From NCBI GenBank assembly GCA_020891255.1, contig BQFW01000013.1, positions 1,550,001-1,614,000 of the forward strand: DNA of 64,000 bases, read 5' to 3'. The DNA comes from Entomortierella parvispora E1425 (lineage: Eukaryota > Fungi > Mortierellomycota). Position numbers and translations under genes: made by a program. Under the pieces are notes generated by a model. It made no database searches. It saw nothing but the letters and a program-made list of their open reading frames with translations, and was not told where the DNA came from. Below, one piece after another: positions 1 through 12,417 of this stretch (positions within the stretch are counted from its first letter, which is position 1; every line of letters begins with the position of its first letter).

Positions 1-1649
1 GTTCAAAGGATTCATTCTCATTGTTTGCACTTATTCGGGACCTTTTTGCCCCTCGACGAATCTCACTTTGGGTGTTGAACTCTTGGTCACTCCCCGAATC
101 TGCAAGGCTGCTGTCTTGTTCGAATGTGAAAAAGTCTGAAAATCTGCTCTCTGAATCTGGATCTCTGTCTTTTGCCATGTCCAGCCCTTCTGCCGCCTCT
201 GTCAGGACTCTTCCCTGACACAAAGAGGCAGAAGTGTCGTGTGTGTGGGTCAGTGACTTAGCTTCGGACGCGTGTCGCCTTTTAAAGGACTTGTTCAACA
301 GTCGGTAGGCCACGGTCTCAAAGGCATGGAGGAGCAGTGTCCGGACATCATTCCTTGGTACGCAGGGGTACTGCATTCGCATGCGCTAGTGTGAATGCCA
401 GAGACAAAAAAAAATAATTCAAAAAAAAATGAGGTTGGGTTGACGCGTCATGAACGCGCATGTCGCGAACCTTGATTTTTTTTTTCTGGGTTCCGTCCCC
501 GGGTCTTCACCTTGATACTCTGATGCATTTTTCGTTGAACCACAGCGTGGGTAGATCTTTCATAGATCTGACAAATGGAGTCTGCCAATATTTCGTTGTG
601 CCTTGTAATATGAAGGAAGCGATCCACGTCCTTGGGTGAAAACACAAGCGGGTGCTCTCTGGCCAAAGCCCTCATGATTTGCTTGAATGCAATGGACATT
701 GCTTCAAATTCCAAGCAATCTGGCCCTAATCGTTCCAAGGGCGAGCGTGAGCCATTTTGACCACAGTCCATTTTGCGTGTTGACCAACAAATATCAAGGG
801 TGATCCACCGGAGTTCAGTGCGTGCTTGGTGTTGCCCCACCGGAGGAAGCGCATTGGACTGGAAACGAATCCAAGCGCCTGTGTGTGTGACAAAGAGTAC
901 TTGCGATTAATGCTTTGGCGCTGTTGACTTGCTCCCATTTGTTCTGTACCTTGTTCCCCAGGCTGACTTGATAGCTCGAATCTCGATATACCGTACTCTT
1001 CCCAACTCGATTGCATCCCAGTTGCACTGTCTTGCTGGGGACAGCAATATAAAAAAGATCAGAAGATGCTCGGCGACGGTCTGTTCAAAAATAAGGTACA
1101 TTTTTTCATCGAATTGTTATCACCTTGGGTTCGAGAAGGGACGAAAGGACGAGTTCATTGGAGTCAAAGTCAATGGTTTCGACATCATCCACGAAGTGCT
1201 TCCATTCGAGCCAGAGACAGCCACCGTTGACCCTGCAAGGAAGGGGAGGTCCCACCCAGAGCGCTTTCTGCATAGGTTGAGTCTCAGTTTCTACAACTTG
1301 GTGGCAACGGATCTTGAGGCTGGCAAGAGCTAAGCAGGGTGTAGCTGTCAGAGCATGATAATGACGGCAAAGACTGAAAGAGACTCTCAAGGTGCGATCA
1401 ATTTTGTCGCGGCCAACCTGGAAGCACAGACTTTGGCGAGGAGAGGGATGTGGAGGAGTCAGGGGTGCCCTGTCCTTGACCTTGACATTGATTCTGACCA
1501 GACCCGCAGGTGGATGCATCGGACACACGTTCCTGACCAGGGAGATTAGCGACGGTGACGAGGCTGCTTTCGAGGAGACGCATAGCGACGGTCGGAGTGA
1601 TGCTCCCTCGAGGTTGGCCATGGCTCTCACGGCGTGTCCTGGTGGTCAT
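1..1649 (-). CDS. Hypothetical multi-exon protein, runs off the left edge of the window
   Basis: Short minus-strand ORFs join in frame through GT-AG introns (…SLLEPK|QDSATG…PGEQG|AWIRFQ…MHQSIK|RMRMQYP…|GRVLTEAAEG…). The last exon is open to position 1. The start (ATG 1649, MTTRTRR) is tentative and no family is recognised. Confidence 0.55.
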
Positions 1650-2285
1650 GGAGGCAAATCTTGTTCTTGTGTCCTTGTGGAAGGGAAGTACAGGGCGCAG
1701 CGAGGGGCGGGCGAAGGTCGAAGGGACAAAGGACGAGCAGAAGCGGCGGAAGGAAAAGAGTTTCGCAGTTTCGCTTTCTTTCTTTTGTCCGTATGTCCGT
1801 ATGTCTGGCGGTGCAATGCCAGTGGAATGCATTCATGCTCAGAGCTGAAAGCTGAATGAATGCAAAAGGGTAAAAGGGTCAAGGTCAATAGGCAAAGGGA
1901 AGGAAGGCAGGTGCATTGCTCCTTTTATTTTTCTCTTTTCTTTTTCGCTCCTTCTTTCCTTGTCACCATCCATTCACCCTTTCACCCTTTCACTCTTTCA
2001 TTCTTTCATTCTTTCATTCGTTCACGCTTGCACGCCTTCCTTTGCTCCATTGCGCCCCATTCGCATCTGCCACCTGCCATTGCCCTGGCCCCATTCGTGT
2101 CCTCTCCTCTCCTCTCCTTTCCGTTCGTTTCCTTCTCTCCTCTTGCTGCTCTCACCCTGTGTTCCTGTGCACAACCACCCTCTTGCTCATCACGCACTCC
2201 CGCTTAATCTGCCGTATCACAGAGAAGAGTGAATAACTCGTTCAGTTCACGACCCTCTTCTGCTCTAATCTCATCCTTCTCTTCT

Positions 2286-4795
2286 ATGGGTATCCCCGTC
2301 GCAAGAGACCTCCAGGCTGAGCTGAATGCCAAGGTCAAGGCCCTCTTCGACAAGGTGGCCGAGGCCATCAACAAGGACCATGTAGGTTGCCTGCCTGTCA
2401 CGTTCATTTTCTCCCTTTCTTCCTTCCTCCCTGCCTCTTTCTTCTCTCTTTGTTCTCTATGTGCTGTGCACTTGCACTTTGCTTTGGATTTAGTCCGTTG
2501 GCAAAGCAAAGTGTCATATGGGAATCATCTCTATTGTCTGACCCTCTTGTTTCCTTCCCCCTTCTCTTTCATTTTCTCTTTTTTCTTTTCATTTTCCCTC
2601 GCTCGTGCTGTGTATGTGCGCAACAACAACGATAATAACCAACCGAACCCCTTTCTATTTTGTCCCAACAGCCATCCCATCAAGACTTTGACTTTGAGAG
2701 CTTTGTCGAGGGCTTTGACGAGGATAGCCCCCTGACTCAAGAGGTCTTTGAATACCTTGTCAAAGACTCGGCTCTGCGGTACTGGGATGCCAACCCGCTC
2801 ACGCGGCCGAACCCACCCTATCCTCATCGACACACTATTCACCACACTCCCCCTGCTTCTCCTTCTTGGGCAAGATTACGCGCAACTATCTCCGGTTCCG
2901 CAGTCGTCCCTGAGAACAATGGGGACGCCACAGGTGCCAACAATCAGAGCGTGCGCATGCGACAAGGACTCTATGGAATCGATCCTCGGAGCAGCGACCG
3001 CACTAGCGGCGATCGGCCCTTGAACAGCCTTCCTTTGACTAGATCCATAGGACCGCAGCACTGGCTGACTGCAACTACGCGCTCTGGCAGGAATCCTTGG
3101 AACGACACGGTTTCTGACGAAAATGAAGACGGCGATTCTGAGGTGGAAGAGCCTATGCGCCCAAGTTCTATCCATGCCAGTCTTTCATTCAATGAACGGT
3201 TGAATAGCTCTATCTTTAACGAGTCGGACGATGATCTCGATCAAGACGCGACAATGACTGGCGGTTCAACTTCAGGTGCAAGTTACAGAGACTCCCTCCC
3301 ATTGCCTCCTCGTACCTCCACGTTTGGAGTAGACAGTCAGACGCGACAAAGGTCAACTCTTACATCGCTGTCGCCGCCCATCGATGGGTGGTTTGATGGT
3401 GGTAGTCGTGCATCTCGGACGTCCAGCTATTCTTTTTCCCAGATCGAGACCTTTCGGAGGGCGACCGAATCTCTGCAGAGGGACATTCGATCTTTGCGAT
3501 CCCAGGTTGCAGCCACGCAAGCATCATTTGCGGCACAGCGGAGCAGCTCTCGGCACAACCCAGATGAGCGTCGGATGGCTCTGGAGCAGCATCTACAGAG
3601 GCTTCAGCTACTTGAGAGACACCACACACGGAGCGCTGTAAACTTGATGGAGGCTCAGGTTCAAAACGTTCGAAGGCAACAGGAGCAACAGCGGCAGCAG
3701 CAACAACAAGTTCAAAATGAGCTTCGAGAACGGATTACACAACATCAAGCTCGAGCACAATCTACCGTCAGTGCACCACCCACATCATCATTGCCCCTAT
3801 CATTGTCAGAAACAGTGTCCATCTTCACTTCTCAGCCTCGCAGTACGATATCGCCACCTCCATTACCCACCGCACCCTCGATGCTTCCATATCGCCCAAG
3901 AGCCACATCCAATACATTACCATCGCCGTCATCCGCACGCTCCTCGTCTCCTGGATCCTCCTTCGCTTTAGGTGGACTTTTCCAGGCACAATCATCCAGG
4001 ACGCCTACCGCGACAATTGTCTCCAATTCTCACCCTCCAGACGGATCAGTGTCAAGGACACAGAGATCAAGACCGCCCTTGACACCCTCCTTCTCATCCT
4101 CGTCCTCTTTCTCGACTTTATCGTTGTCGTCTTCCTCGCCGTTCACGTCAGGCTCAAACTCAAGGTCGTTGTTGACTCGCACCGGGTCTTCCAGTTCTCG
4201 TGATTCAGAGCTTAGCTCCGGTACGGAAAGCGCCACCAACTCTAGGCATGATCTCCAGGCATCGCCTGCGATTCCATCCACACGTGATATTCTGACGGCG
4301 GCAATAACAGATATCGAAGCAGGGGCAGCTTCCGATGATTCATCGTTCATGACCTCGTCAACAGTGATGGGAACTGAAAGTACTCGGCCAGATCCCGAGA
4401 GCTACCGCCGACCTAGCGCTGAGGACTATGAGCTATTTACGGCTCTATCGCTGCGTAGACGACAGCGACTACGAGAGGTTGTGGAGGCAGCAGAGGGTCT
4501 TCGAACATCAGTCGAGAGGCGACGCATCGTGCTGGAGGATCTTGATCACGGAGATGGAGAGCCAGTGGTTGAACTCTTGCTGTCAGATGATGGTCAGTCA
4601 GACCCTGTGGGTGTGGCGCAAGTCTCTATTCCTTCTTCTGTCCCTCTGACGCCGGGTCCATTATCATCAACATTGGAGGTGGCCAGCTCTAGCTCAGAGA
4701 GGGCAGAAGCAGAGGCAATAGCCATGCTGACCCCCGTGTCGACGTCGAGGTCGACTGAATCCCCAGAGCCAACAGATCAAGCGGCTCCCCTGTAG
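2286..4795 (+). CDS. Hypothetical Ser/Thr-rich, largely disordered protein (~740 aa)
   Basis: Short exon 1 (MGIPVARDLQ…NKDH, donor gtaggt) splices at the cccaacag acceptor (~2671) in phase 0 into the 711-aa ORF 2660-4795. A Q-rich coiled-coil segment lies in the middle. Confidence 0.75.
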
Positions 4796-5011
4796 ATTAT
4801 GTACGCACTCGCAATAACATCGTTTCTTTTTGTACAAGTATCATCGCTTGGCAAGTTTGTGCGAGATTTGGCTCCATTTTTAATTCGAAAACGATACTTT
4901 GTTGGTACATGATTTGAATGATGTTAATGATAATGATAGTAGCAGAAAGAAAAATAAGAACAAGAAGAAGAAAAAAAGAATGAAAAAGATGAACGTGGCC
5001 ATTCTCTTTTT

Positions 5012-8000
5012 CTAGTCATCGATGTACGGCAAGGCCTTGGACACTGTCTTTTTCTTCTTTGTGGGCGACTGACCAGGGAGGCCATCATCAGACATGCCGC
5101 CCATGTTGGAAGACGTTGGCTTCTTCTTTTTCTTGGGGGTCGACGGCATAGCGGAACCCGAGGACGAGGATTCGACGGGACCATTCTTCATGCTAGAAGA
5201 AGAGGAGGAAGACTTGATACGATCCTTGTCCTTTTCTCTATCCTTGTCCTTATCCTTGAGACTGCCACTGCTCCCATTCTTGTGATGACCGTTGCTGCCA
5301 GAGCTCGAAAGACTGCCGTTACTGCCGTTCGAATCAGAGACACCATGGCCGTTGCTGTCACGGTCGCCTCGGTCTCTGTCACGGTCACTCCTATCAGAGC
5401 GGTCGCGGTCCCGATCGCGGTCATAGTCACGGTCGCCACGGTCGCGATCCCGATCTCTATCTCGATCACGGTCCCGATCTCTCTCGGAGCGGTCTCTGTC
5501 TCGATCTCTGTCCCTGTCGCGGTCGCGGTCCCGGTCTCTTTCACGATCGCGATCGCGATCGCGATGGGAGGAATCTCGGTCTGAACGGTCTCTGTCTCGG
5601 TCTCTGTCACGATCTCGGTCCCTTTCACGGTCCCTGTCTCGGTGACCCCCACTGCTACTACCGCCCTCACGATCACGGTCTCGCTCTCGGTCACGGTGAC
5701 TATCGCGATCCCGTTCACGATCCCGTCCGCTGCTGCTTCCGCCACCATCTCTCGAGTCTCTGTCCCGGTCCCGTTCCCGATCGCGGTCGCGGTCCCGTTC
5801 ACGATCTCTTTCACGGTCTCGATCGCGATCACGGTCGCTACGGTCAACTCGGTCCCGGTCCCGATCACGGTCCCGATCACGGTCCTTTTCCTTATCGCTG
5901 TCACGCTCCTTGTCCTTGCTACTATGGCTTTTATCCTTGCTGCTCTTGGACTTGGACTCCTTGTGCTTGCTGGAAGAAGAAGAGCTCTCGCGGTCCTTGC
6001 TATTGCTGCCGCCATCCCGGTCACGGTCCGAGTGACCAAGGTCCTTTTCCTTCCGGTCCTTGGACTTTTCTTTACTCTTCTCAAAGTCCTTCTTGCTGTT
6101 ACTGCTGCCGAGGTTCTCGTCCCTATCCTTGTCCTTTTCCCGGTCCTTGCTCTCCTTCTTGGATTTTGATTTTGAAGGCATGCTCATGTTCGGGAGAGGT
6201 AGCGTCTTTCCAGCGACTGCAGGTCGATTGTTCGAGGACGAAGAGGAGGAGGACGATGACGACGCACTGTAATGTCCAGGCACCGTCTTTCCAGACGACC
6301 GGACATAACCAGAGGCATCGTCTGATTTGAAAGAATGGGCCTTGGGAGGAGGGGCCATCCGGATGTTGCCTCCTCCACCGCTCTCCATCACTTCCTCATC
6401 TACATCCTCATCTGTTGGATCCAAAGTCGCGCTAAGGATTGAGGGCGGGGGTTGTGCAAACACAGTGGAAGAGGGAAGAGCACCCGACCCCATAGTTGCG
6501 TTCTTGGGGGCCGCCTTTTTCTTGGGCTTTTTGGTAAGGGTAGGCACGGCGAGAGTAGATGCAGAGGAGCTACCACTGGAAGACGATGCGGCTGCCGCTG
6601 CAGCGGCAACCTTGGAGGCGGGGATTGTGGGTGGTGGAGGCATTGGGTCTGGCGTCTGACTTGGTTCCACATCGCTATCCTCCTCGTCGCCGTCTTGGGG
6701 CCCTTCAGAGGTCGCCTTCTTACCCTAAAGCAAAGATAGACACATTGTTAGCAAAAGAACGCTCATTCTGCATGGTAAAAAACATCGTTTCTTTTTCTCC
6801 CTCCAAAAAATAACAATGAAAAAATAGTGTCCTTACCTTCTTTGGTTTAGAAGTCTTGCCTTTGGATTCTTCCTTGATCTTTTTCCTCTCCATCTTTTCC
6901 ATGAGCTTCTTATCCTTGGCATCCTGCTTCTGCCTCTTGCGTTCCGCACGCTCGGCATCCAGCGCATCCTTTTCCTTTTTCCGCTTCAGTTTCCGGGCTT
7001 CCGCCAACGCATTGGATTCTCCAAGTTTGTTGGATCGCTTCTTCATCGAGCTCACAATCTTGCCCGTGGGCGGGATCTTGGGTCGGGACGAGACGCGTTT
7101 AGACACTGGCATGAACTCGTCCTCCTTCAACGATCCCAAATCTTCCTGTCGCTTCTTGAAGAAGGCATGCAGCAGTCCAATCGTCGCCGTCGGGTCTGTC
7201 AGGGGGATAAACGTCGGAGGAGGTGGATAGGGTACATCGGCCTTGGAACCGTCCGCAGATTGAACGCCAGGCAATCCCTTGGGCTTGAAAGGATCACCTC
7301 CAGGTCTTTGGCCATACCACAGCCTAGAGGGAATCGTCAAGGATCCCAGGCCGACCTCACGATCGATACCCAGTTCCCGGAAGCCAAAGAAATCATCTCC
7401 GAGATCATCTCCTCCGATCAAATGGCCACTTGTGAAGGCCTCGTCGTTCTCTTGGTATTCAAAATCCGGGTCCATCGCCTGTCCATCGTTCAGGCTGGCG
7501 TTGATCGTCTCTGCGTAGCTGCTTTCCAGTTTCCGATGAATATCCTGCAATTTGTTGCCATACCGCTCCACGTCCTCCCGGATATAACCTTCCAGGTCAC
7601 CCACACTACCCACTCCGTTTTCGTAGAGGGTGTGAAGCAAAATTTCCTGAATGAAAAGAGAGAAAGAGGGTTGAAATGATTAATCCCCATCCTTCCATTC
7701 TTATCATGGAAACAAAAAAAAGGAGTACACGTTCTTCGTGGTCATAAAAAACGTGGTCATCATACCTCTGGGGTCATGCCCTTGTTGTACTGATCCGAAT
7801 AGCCTCGCAGGGCCCTTCCAAGATTGAGAAAGAAATCCACGGTAATGTCGGTCATCACGGCCAGCGCGGATGACTGAGCTCCCTGAAAACCGGCGTGTGC
7901 CAGCATCTTGGACACTGCACGAGAAATCACAGCATGTCCGGTATCACTGTTCATAATCAGAGGCGGTAAAGGACCATCATGAGCTGGAATAGGTTCTGGT

Positions 8001-11000
8001 TCTAACGGTTCTTCCATGGGAGCCAAATCCTACGATGCAAAATAAAAAAGGAGCATTCATGAGGATCGGTACCAGGTGTTGCCTGTGAGGTACCTGATCA
8101 GCTATAACCAACGATAAAATACTTACAGGTACGTTGGCCCTTGCAGCAAAGATCTTTGAATAAACGTGTCGAATCTTTCTCAGTTCCTCGACATTACGCT
8201 CAATGCCAGCCACCAAATTTCCTGGAGCCGCAAGCGCGGATGGGTATAAGGATAATGAAGGCTGCTTCTCCTCGAGACTAGTAGAGTCCATTAACAAAAT
8301 CATGTTAGACAAACATTTCTCATATTGTTAATCGGGAACGAACAAAAGAAAAAAAAAAGAGTAAAGAAAAAAAAACATACGCAGTGATCTCAGATTCATC
8401 AAACAATTTCCGTGTGAGCTCTGGATCCGACGTCATCTTTGAGTTCCCAAAGGGTAGTTCCGGCAACCCTGCTCGGACTGCGTACTCGGGCAGGAACAAT
8501 TCCGAGGACGCCGCCGTCGACTTGTTCTTGTTTGAGTTCTTTTGCAGATCCTCCTCTCTCAACTTTGGAGGCGCAAAGAGATCCCGGACAAAGCCTTCAT
8601 CGACCTCGTCGTCCTTGCTTGTCGGATCCCGCTCTCCATAAACATCGTCAAAAAATGTGTCGTCATCTGCTTCTTCCTCGGTGGATTCTGATATGGCTCC
8701 TCCATCCTGTCCAAAATCCAAACGGACCTGTCTCTTCTTCTTTTTCTTTCGTTTCGGTGTTAATGAATCAAATACACGGTCATGCGCCCGATCGATCGCC
8801 CAAGACCGCCGCATCTCCCATGGGGATCGCTCCAGTGCAAATCGATCCTGGAAAGGCAGTCGCTGTTGACTCTCGCGATCAGAACAGACCTTGGCTCTGG
8901 CTTTCTTGGTCCGCTCTTTCCATTCCTGAAATAAAATGTCGCCCTTGTTGGCATTTAATTCCGCAGCAATGTCCTTTTCCTCCTGCTCGAGATCAATTTC
9001 GACAGGAACCGAGGCTCTGGACATTCTCCGTTGTCGAGCTGGGGAAGAGCCGAGTGCCATACCATTGGGTGTTCCACTTCGGCCAAGTCCTCCTGATCGC
9101 TCAAAAGAGCCACTGCCGAGAAGAGGGGTCTCTATTGACTCCATGGTCGAGGGTTCCCGGCTCATATCCCGAGTGGGTGTCATACTGGACATGACATCCT
9201 GGTCCATGCCGAGTTTAGGAGTTTCCATTCTAGAGTCCTGACTTGCACCACGTTTTGCTGCTGAAGTACTCGGCCCAGGAGTATCGCCATTAGGGGCCTG
9301 TGCTGTGGTTGTCTTTGAAGAGTTTTGCTCCTTTCGGCCCAAGCCCTTTGCAGATTCATTTGGTCGAGCCACGTTGCTGCTAGTATCCTGCTCATCATCG
9401 CTCTCTTCCTGCTCCGCCTCAACCTCTGCACGGTCTCGGATGACAACATCCTGAACTGTCTCGAGTAGCACCTGCGTCCGTTTTTTCATCGCGATGGCGT
9501 GCTTTCGATACACACTGCTGGGGTCTGAATTGTATGTCAAACAGTTGGAATAAATAAGGTACAGATCCGCCGCAAACTGAGCCTTGCTCTGGTATGCAAG
9601 GGCTTTCAGTTTCTTCAAGACTGTGCCCAGATCCATGGGCACTGCAATGACCTGTGCATAGTCGGGAGCTTCGCGTTTGTTGACCTTGTTCAGGAACGGG
9701 GTGGAATGTTCAGTGTAGTTTCGAAGTTCCATCAACACTCTTTCGCAGCCTTCATAGAGTTCTTCCTGTCCGACCTTGTCCTCATTCGCCCATTTGGATC
9801 GATTTGGTCGAACATCGGAGAGGAGTGTCCTGAGCTCGCGATCTGACAGTCCAGTAGCTGCTCGGTTGGATTCAATTGCGCCTAAGAGATATTTCATACT
9901 GAGGTTTCCTGGGCCACCAAATTGCGCAAGCATGTTGTCTGCTGTTAATCCTCCACCGGCCTGGCTTTCCTGCTCTTGTTGGATATTATCGGATTCCTCA
10001 AGTTGTTGTTGTTCAATCATGGCATCCATGTCGTATTCAAGAGTGTAGTACAGGTGATGAATGGGTAACCGCAGTGGAGGCTCGTCTAATAGTATGGGGG
10101 GGGGGGTCGTCATAAATGACAAGGTGAGTATAGATCCAAGTTAGAGACTCGTCAACATGCCCGACAACCATCGAAGCGTCCAATAAACATCAATCGCCTT
10201 TCTATACCTGTCTTTGCTTGGCTTTCTGATGATACTGCTGGCAGCTTTGCCTTGTCCACTGCGCCTTCCTGTGGATTTGTCTTTTCTGTCGTCGAATCCG
10301 TTCCATCATAGTCGTCATCTTCCACAGTTCGAGAATGTAAAGTAGGAAGATGAGCAGTGATATCCTTTTTTGCGAGGTCTGTTACATCGACGACAGGATG
10401 ACAACAAGCACATTGGCCAGGGTAGAGTTTTGGCAGCAACTGCTCAAAGACCATGACCCTGGATCGGAAGGCTGTAGTTGGGATTGAGGCTGGCGGTGCT
10501 GCTGAGGTGGTGATGGTCTCTGGTGCTGGAGTGGAAGGTTGTCCCTCTGTTGCGAGCGATCCGTTGGGAAGAGAAGAGCCTTCGCCAGTGTGGCTCGGGG
10601 TATGGTGGGTTCTTGATGAGGATGACGACGCCTGACCAGTAGGTGTGGATGCGTTGGGGGTCGAGACTGAAGGCGAGTGCGCGTGGGCGACAGAGAGTGA
10701 GTCCTCCTTCTTGATGATGACAGACATGTCTGGACCTGATGGCTGATCCTGATCGCCCATTTCCTGCTTGACAGTGACTGATGGCGAGTCCATCCGGTGA
10801 TCGTGATCGTTGTGATCGCCTGACTCGTCCATGCTCGCGTCTCCAGAGTCGACATGGTCCAGCTGAGCAGGGACGTCGTCTGTACTTGTTCCTTCCTTGG
10901 CCACTGCGACTGTCGCTGTTGCTGTTGCTGCTTCTGCCGTTGCTATGCTGCTGGCAGCAGGGACTTGCCATCCTTCGAGCTGCGATCCAAACTTGCTGTC

Positions 11001-11330
11001 GAGCGAGATAAAACTCTGCCAGGTCTCGACACTGGCCAGGGCTGCCTCAAAGATGGCATGCTCTTGGTCCGAGAGATAGAATCGCCACAGCTTGCGCGCG
11101 TTCATCTCTTGGGCGACATTGTACGTTAGGCGGATCTGGCTGTTGGCCGCGGGATCATTCAGTGCCCGGAGGAGCTGGGCCTTTTGTTCCGTCGGGGCCC
11201 CAGTCGCGTCCAGTGCTGGTTCTGCAGGCGGGGCAAAAAGGCCGCCTCCTGTGCCAGAGCGGGGCGACGAGGCCTGTGAGAAGTCCAGATCCCCTGCCTC
11301 CGCCTCGAGAGTGAAATCCGAAAGCGACAT
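5012..11330 (-). CDS. SPT7: SAGA complex subunit Spt7 (bromodomain + histone fold) with Arg/Asp-repeat C-terminal tail, ~1920 aa
   Basis: Six phase-consistent exons: 11330-10208, 10085-8381, 8277-8127, 8029-7766, 7646-6837, 6724-5012. Spt7-type motifs: HHLYYTLEYD, bromodomain GQEELYEGCERVLMELRNYTEHSTPFLNKVNKREAPDY…IYSNCLTYN, histone fold KMLAHAGFQGAQSSAL, EILLHTLYENG. Confidence 0.9.
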
Positions 11331-12417
11331 GGGGGCGAGGGGGGAGGGTGAGAAAGAGACTGTGAGGACAATGAACAAGAGGAGAGGAAGAAAGAAAGAA
11401 AGAAAGAAAGAAAGGGGGATGGGCGGGAGGGAGAGGGAGAGGGGGGGAGGAGGAGGAACAAGAGGAAGAAGGGAGTGAAAACAGAGAAGAAGGAATGCTC
11501 TCTCGGTGCACACATTCATCCATTCCATCATTCCATCCATCCAACCAATTCATCGCCTCTTCTTCAATATGGGTTCACAGGCTGTGTGAAGGGGCGGAAA
11601 ACGGATCACGTGACCATTTACATCACTGTACGGCCGCAAGTCGCCCCTGCTACGGCGCGGTGGTGTCCTTTTTTTTTTTTTTTTTTTTCTTTCTTTCTTT
11701 CTTTGGAGTGTTCGTTCTCTTCATACTCCTGGATATAGATCTGGCCTGTGGGGAGGCAGCTCTTTCGTCATGTGACTAGAGGTTGGTTCGATGCACACCC
11801 AATCACCCTGTCATGTTCCTCTTTTTGCAGGGACTCTTGGTCAAAGTCTCAAGGGCAGGAAGCGGTTACAAGAAGGAAAATGAAATTGCAGAAAAAGATT
11901 CAGTGGAAAACACATCGATATCTCTCAATCACCTGACTGGTTAGTTAATGGCGAAACATCTAGCTTAGCCTCTAAGTAACGGCTAAGCAAAATGTAAAAC
12001 CAAATTCATTTAATGTCCTTGACTTGAGTCCAAGAAGGCGGAGGCTGAGAAGAGATCCGAGAATGAGATGCGAGAGGCGCGACTGACGAGAGTGAAGGAA
12101 AAAAAAAAAGGAAACCCCGAATGCAAGAGAGTCCACTCACCCTAGCCAAGCAATGGCTAAAACTGAAAGAGACGAGGATCGCGCTGGTATGTTGAGTGGA
12201 AACTTGGAATCTCCAAGATAACGAAAAAAAAAAAAAAAAAGAGAAAGGCTATAGCTCAACATATGAATTTTTTTGTGTTTGTTCAGGGAGCAAGTTCAAT
12301 ACACAGTTTGATCTTCAGATCAAAGCCATACACCTGTCATTAACTCTAGCTGTTGTGCTGTGAAGGAGGCGCCGTTGTTTATTTACATTTCGGGGCTGGT
12401 CGTTCATTGTGTCATGA

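Noticed and set aside
3245-3350. GACGCGACAA matches to the 57-60 kb repeated element
   Set aside because: Only 10-mer partial matches inside coding sequence, without the GATC or the palindromic arm.
5188-6169. Long alternative-frame and antisense ORFs (298, 175 and 100 aa; T/V/I/A-rich) over the RD tract
   Set aside because: They are by-products of a stop-poor CGN/GAY repeat. Only the Spt7 frame is joined by proper splice sites.
11740-11940. GGTTCGAT tRNA-like T-loop and a possible small exon (GLLVKVSRAG…)
   Set aside because: There is no T-stem pairing or cloverleaf, and I found no convincing upstream exon or start. It is treated as SPT7 upstream DNA.
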